DNA from: Scyliorhinus canicula
Lineage: Eukaryota
Reading direction: 5' to 3'
NCBI RefSeq assembly: GCF_902713615.1
Contig: NC_052156.1
Coordinates: 129,146,407 to 129,210,406, forward strand
DNA: 64,000 bases
Below are positions 59,401 to 64,000 of this stretch, one piece after another. Under the pieces are notes generated by a model. It did no database searches. It saw only the letters and a program-made list of their open reading frames with translations, and was not told where the DNA came from. The translations under genes and the position numbers were made by a program. Each line of letters starts with the position of its first letter. Position 1 is the stretch's first letter.

Positions 59401-60032
59401 CTTCGATTTCAGAGTTAGCATAGCTGTTTCGATGCAACTCTAGCTTGTGATTTACCAAGTTAGAGAGATCTAGCCAGGCAATAAAATGACATCTATTAAC
59501 ATGGAGGGCAGTGACCACATCCTTATTATTTTTTCACAACTTTAGAAATGTACTGGAATTACAGTGATCAGTGTCAAAACACTGTGAAGCAGTTTCTCAT
59601 CCTCTCATTAGCTATATTACCAATTTCACAGAAGTATGCGCTTTGAAAAATATCATCAGAATCGTCTCCCAATTAGATTCCTGATGATCCTCTGAATAGA
59701 AATTTGGAGACATAACTATTAAAATGGTGGACTGCAAGATCCAGCGATGCACTATGCTCTAGTATGTAGGCTACTAAATTTTCAAAGCAAATAAATTCTG
59801 AAGCAGGAAGGAAAAGGGGTTGAAATTTTAGAATATCACAGACTCAAAAGCATTGATCTCCCATGGCAAATCTGCAAACTTGGTTGAATAACAGAAAATC
59901 AAGGAAATGTTTCAGGAGCAGTGTTTGAAGTAGTCAGTGCCGCACCCAACACAACTAACCGTTTTTCACCAGGAGGCAAGAGAACAAAGTAGCTGCCCAT
60001 TGGAATATGGTGTCTTTTTGCGCTTCGTCGTG

Positions 60033-62450
60033 TGTTATGATATAAAGGCACTATTGTCTTGGAAGGGATTATGCAAACACCTTGTGGGTTCATTTATTTA
60101 GACTAGGCCCACGGGAACGTTTATACAGTGGAGTAAGTGGAATAAAGCTTGAAGACACTAACAGCAGAGATGTCTATGTGTGTTCTGCTCTAAAGCAAAA
60201 GTGAAACAAAATCAGGGTAGCATTACGTACTGCCCTTCTCCTGCTGCAATCCCTTGATGGCATATTATAATATACTCCTTTATTTTAAAGATATTTACCT
60301 CCCACTTCCAAGGAAGTATAATTATTTACAATATACGTTCATGTTTAGTTGCCATTACCTATGTGGACAAGCTGATGAATTTCTGAGTCTCTAAAGTGTA
60401 AAGGTAATCAGTTGGTATGTCCAGATCTGGTAAGGGTAATGTTGCCTAGAGGTGTCTTTGCTTGTTCAGTGACCTGAAGGATTGTCATTCTTGGATGTTG
60501 CTGCTGGTTGCATTTGGGATCTTGTCCTAGATGCACTAGGATTGTACAGTGGTTGAGGAGCTGGAATTGATCTGATTTGTCCTCCGTTATGCCTCACTGT
60601 TGCGTCTCCGTGTGTAATGATTTTGTAGGACCTTGGTTCTGAACAAATCCTTGTCACCTCAGCTGTGGGATCCTGGGTGCAAACTTGTTCTCCCAACTTT
60701 AAACTTGGAAATTCTGCACCCGTACCCGTATTTTTTTGGGATCTTCACTTGCAGTTTTAAAAGTTGCTCTTTAGTTTCTGAGAGAGTAGAATGCGTAAGA
60801 GTAGGTACTTTGGTATACGCTGTTCTGCTGAGCATGAGCTCTGCAAGCGATGGAATCGTTGCACTTAACGGTGTCGCTCTCAGATTTAGAACAGTACAGC
60901 ACAGAACAGGCCCTTCAGCCCTCGATGTTGTGCCGAGCAATGATCACCCTACTCAAACTCACGCATCCACCCTATACCCGTAACCCAACAACTCCCCCTT
61001 AACCTTACTTTTTAGGACACTACGGGCAATTTAGCATGGCCAATCCACCTAACCCCGCACATCTTTGGACTGTGGGAGGAAACCGGAGCACCCGGAGGAA
61101 ACCCACGCACACACGGGGAGGACGTGCAGACTCCACACAGACAGTGACCCAGCCGGGAATCGAACCTGGGACCCTGGAGCTGTGAAGCATTGATGCTAAC
61201 CACTATGCTACCATGCTGCCCTAACATTACAACATGTAGGTTTTGCTTGGGTCTGTCTACCTTTGAGAATTAGGGAGTTCACCATGCAAATCATTCATTC
61301 AGCTAGGTTGTTAGATCTAGGATAATGAGGAAAAGTGGTGTGCTCTATACTCCACTTCTCACACCAACCTGAAATGTTTTCCCAATAAATTGCGGACCAT
61401 TATCAATAATGATCTCTCCTGGTACATCAAATAAACTAAAAACAGCACAAGGGGTGTGCACAATAGCTGTGTTTTTGTGCACACTGATGTATTGGGCAAT
61501 TATTGAATAACGGAATACTTAAAATAGTCGACAATGAAGTCAGTGACATGGACATGAAAATGGTCAGGTGCAATTTTGGACCAAGGATGGGTAGGAACTT
61601 TATGTGGAGTCCATGGTTCTTTCTGCCTACTTGGCATTTGATCTTATCATGCCTCACACTCTTGATGGTGACTTCAATGGCATCTTTTATATCCGGCCAA
61701 TAGGCTTTCTGTCTTGCGGGTTCTTCTCATCAATCTATGTCCATTTGTGAATGATAACATTGGTGAAAAATATTAGGTCGCAAAGACTCTGGTATGATGA
61801 CCTGCCTGCCTGTAAAACTGACTTGCCTTGGTGATGTCCAGCTCCTCTTGATAATACCAAAATGGTCTAATGTCTGTGAACATGCTGAATTGAATGAGGC
61901 CATCCATCAATGATAGTTCCCATGGTTTTTGTAGTATCGAACCTTTCACTGTATCTTCTTGTAGCTGCCGGCATTTCTGTTGTGCAAAATGTATCAGATC
62001 AATTTGGAGAACATCTCCCAAGTTCGATATCAATGAAGTCAATTTGTAGATCTAAGGATTTAGCTTCTGTTTTCACTGGGTTAAGGCAATCTGCTAACTG
62101 TATTTGATGTGACCATGAACTTACCAGGCTTGTACCTAATCTCACATACGTAACTTTGAACCTTAATCAAGGGATTTTGCAATCTTGGCGGCTCGCTGAT
62201 CAATGGTTTTTACTAAATCATCTCCAGTGACTTGTGGTCAGTCTCTATCACAAAATCTTTGCAAAATAGATCGGTATGAAATTGCATGATTAAATACAGT
62301 AAAGCTGATGTTTCCTGCTCAATGTTGGAGCAGTTAGATTTTGAAGCAAATGCAGTCGCTACCTTTCTGATGGTAGAACACATAAATGAAAGAGTCAAAA
62401 ACATGACAAGCATGGGTGGAGTTTAAAGTGTCTTTCCTATTTCATTAAGG
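60033..62450 (-). mobile_element. Second Ty3/Gypsy remnant (RNase H-integrase, possible LTR at ~60033-60272)
   Basis: AFASK..SNIEQE..FVIETDHKSLEMI, PPRLQ, PFWYYQEEL, IIIDNGPQF, PRSYKI on -. The LTR boundary is uncertain. Confidence 0.75.
60885..61221 (-). mobile_element. HE1/V-SINE inserted in the Gypsy integrase
   Basis: Near-consensus head and V domain; variant CR1-type tail. Confidence 0.9.
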
Positions 62451-62471
62451 GCAGTAATCAGCAACAACTTT

Positions 62472-62830
62472 TGGTACAGTGGTTAGCACTGCTGCCTCAC
62501 AACACCAGGCCAAGTGACCTCCTTCTGCACTGTAAAGTCTATGAACACAAGGGACCTGGGTTCAATTCCAGCCTTGGGTTACTGTGTGGAGTTCGCCCCA
62601 TATCTGCGTGTGCATTCTCCGGGTGCTCTGGTTTCATCCCACAGTCCAAAGATGTGCAAGTTAGGTGGATTGGCCATGCTGAATTGCACCTTAGTGTCCA
62701 GGGATACATGCAGTTTAGGATATGGGATTACAGGGTGAGGGGGGAGTGCGCATGGGTAGAGTATCATTCAAATGGTCAGTACAGACTCGATGGGCCAAAT
62801 GGCCTCCTTCTGTACTGTAGGGATTCTATG
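62472..62830 (+). mobile_element. HE1/V-SINE with a 34-bp tail-only insertion in its head
   Basis: Head split at aacaccagg/aacacaagg; V domain and tail follow. Confidence 0.82.
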
Positions 62831-63199
62831 AACTTGCATTTATAAAGTTCCGCGAACAATGCCCTCGGGGTGCATTGGAAAGGAATTCGGAAAGAAGGGA
62901 AACTTAGTCAAAGAGGTATGTTGAGGAGAAAGAAAATCTTTGATCCAAGAGGTGACTTTTATGGTGGATATTAAAAGAAGTAGAGATATAGGGGTTGTGG
63001 AGGAGATTTGACTGAGCCCATGTAACTCAGTGGGAAAGAAAATCACGAGATGTCAAACAGACTGTTAATTCACCTGTTTTACATAACCATGCAAAGACAA
63101 AATTATCTCATGAGTTCAAATCTTACGACTTTGAGAAATCAAATTTCAAGTAATTGGAAATAAATAGCTGTTTATAAAAATCGATCTTGCATTTTTTGG

Positions 63200-63380
63200 G
63201 CTATTGTAAAATATCCACCTGCAATCTTCACCTGCTCTGGTCTGGCTCTTGTGTGACTCCAGGCCCACACCAATGTGATTGGCTCCACTGCCCCTTGAGA
63301 TGTTTCAAACCACTGTTCAGGAAGTAGGCCCACCACCATCCCTAGACAACAAGGAATGGACAATAAATACTTGCCTTGCC
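63200..63380 (+). mobile_element. DeuSINE-like 3' fragment
   Basis: ctggtctggctcttgtgtgactccaggcccacaccaatgtg...ggaatggacaataaatacttgccttgcc. Confidence 0.55.
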
Positions 63381-63897
63381 ATAAGACCATAAGACATAGG
63401 AGCGGAAGTAAGGCCATTCGGCCCATCGAGTCCACTCCACCATTCAATCATGGTTGATTTCAACTCCATTTACCCGCTCTCTCCCCATAGCCCTTAATTC
63501 CTCGAGAAATCAAGAATTTATCAATTTCTGTCTTAAAGACACTCAATGTCCCGGCCTCCACCGCCCTCTGTGGCAATGAATTCCACAGACCTACCACTCT
63601 CTGGCTGAAGAAATTTCTCCTCATCTCTGTTCTAAAGTGACTCCCTTTTATTCTGAGGCTGTGCCCCCGCGTCCTAGTCTCCCCTGCTAATGGAAACAAC
63701 TTCCCTACGTCCATCCTATCCAAGCCATTCATTATCTTGTAAGTTTCTATTAGATCTCCCCTCAACCTCCTAAACTCCAATGAATATAATCCCACGATCC
63801 TCAGACGTTCATCGTATGTTAGGCCTACCATTCCTGGGATCATCCGTGTGAATCTCCGCTGGACCCGCTCCAGTGCCAGTATGTCCTTCCTGAGGTG
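63381..63897 (-). mobile_element. Young, 5'-truncated CR1 LINE
   Basis: Uninterrupted 127-aa ORF 63460-63843 (RLRGDLIETYKI..RRNFFSQRVVGLWNSLP); tail ending in tcttatgg-type repeats. Confidence 0.92.
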
Positions 63898-64000
63898 CCT
63901 GAGGATCTTACAACCTGATGCTAAATTTAAAAAAACTTGCCAAAAGGTGCCAATCGCCCTCCTTCAGTTCTGAAGATTGTATCAGTGACACCTCTTTGAT

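Noticed and set aside
3825-62830. Recurrent ORFs such as MANPPNLHIFGLWEE / CRLGGLAMLNCP, and tRNA-like A/B boxes
   Set aside because: These are translations and tRNA-derived heads of V-SINE copies, not a protein family or tRNA genes.
1-64000. CRISPR array, operon or retron-like RT system
   Set aside because: No regularly spaced repeat-spacer array and no intact multi-gene unit; all RT motifs belong to decayed LINE, LTR or DIRS elements.

Overview
Eukaryotic, repeat-dense DNA from a cartilaginous fish (shark; the HE1/V-SINE, CR1 and DeuSINE content fits a catshark-like genome). It is not prokaryotic. One host-gene exon is recognisable, and the ORF track misses it: the 129-bp terminal coding exon of a TBC1D22 Rab-GAP gene (probably TBC1D22A) on + at 38585-38713. 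Its repeat-free ~1.1-kb 3' UTR ends near the AATAAA at 39820. Positions 1-38584 are therefore most likely its last intron, and the rest is 3' flank. Almost everything else is decayed mobile DNA: a two-LTR Gypsy provirus (14279-20546, -), a near full-length DIRS tyrosine-recombinase retrotransposon (~28690-35160, +) split by a solo LTR, a second Gypsy remnant, solo LTRs with 4-bp TSDs, CR1/L1/Rex-Babar/L2-group LINE fragments, GGGC..GCCC MITEs and ~22 tRNA-derived SINEs. I found no convincing new protein-coding system. The most unusual signal is that one V-SINE body carries three different 3' tails, apparently matching three LINE clades present in the same window. Family names come from motif recognition, not database searches, and repeat boundaries without TSDs are approximate.
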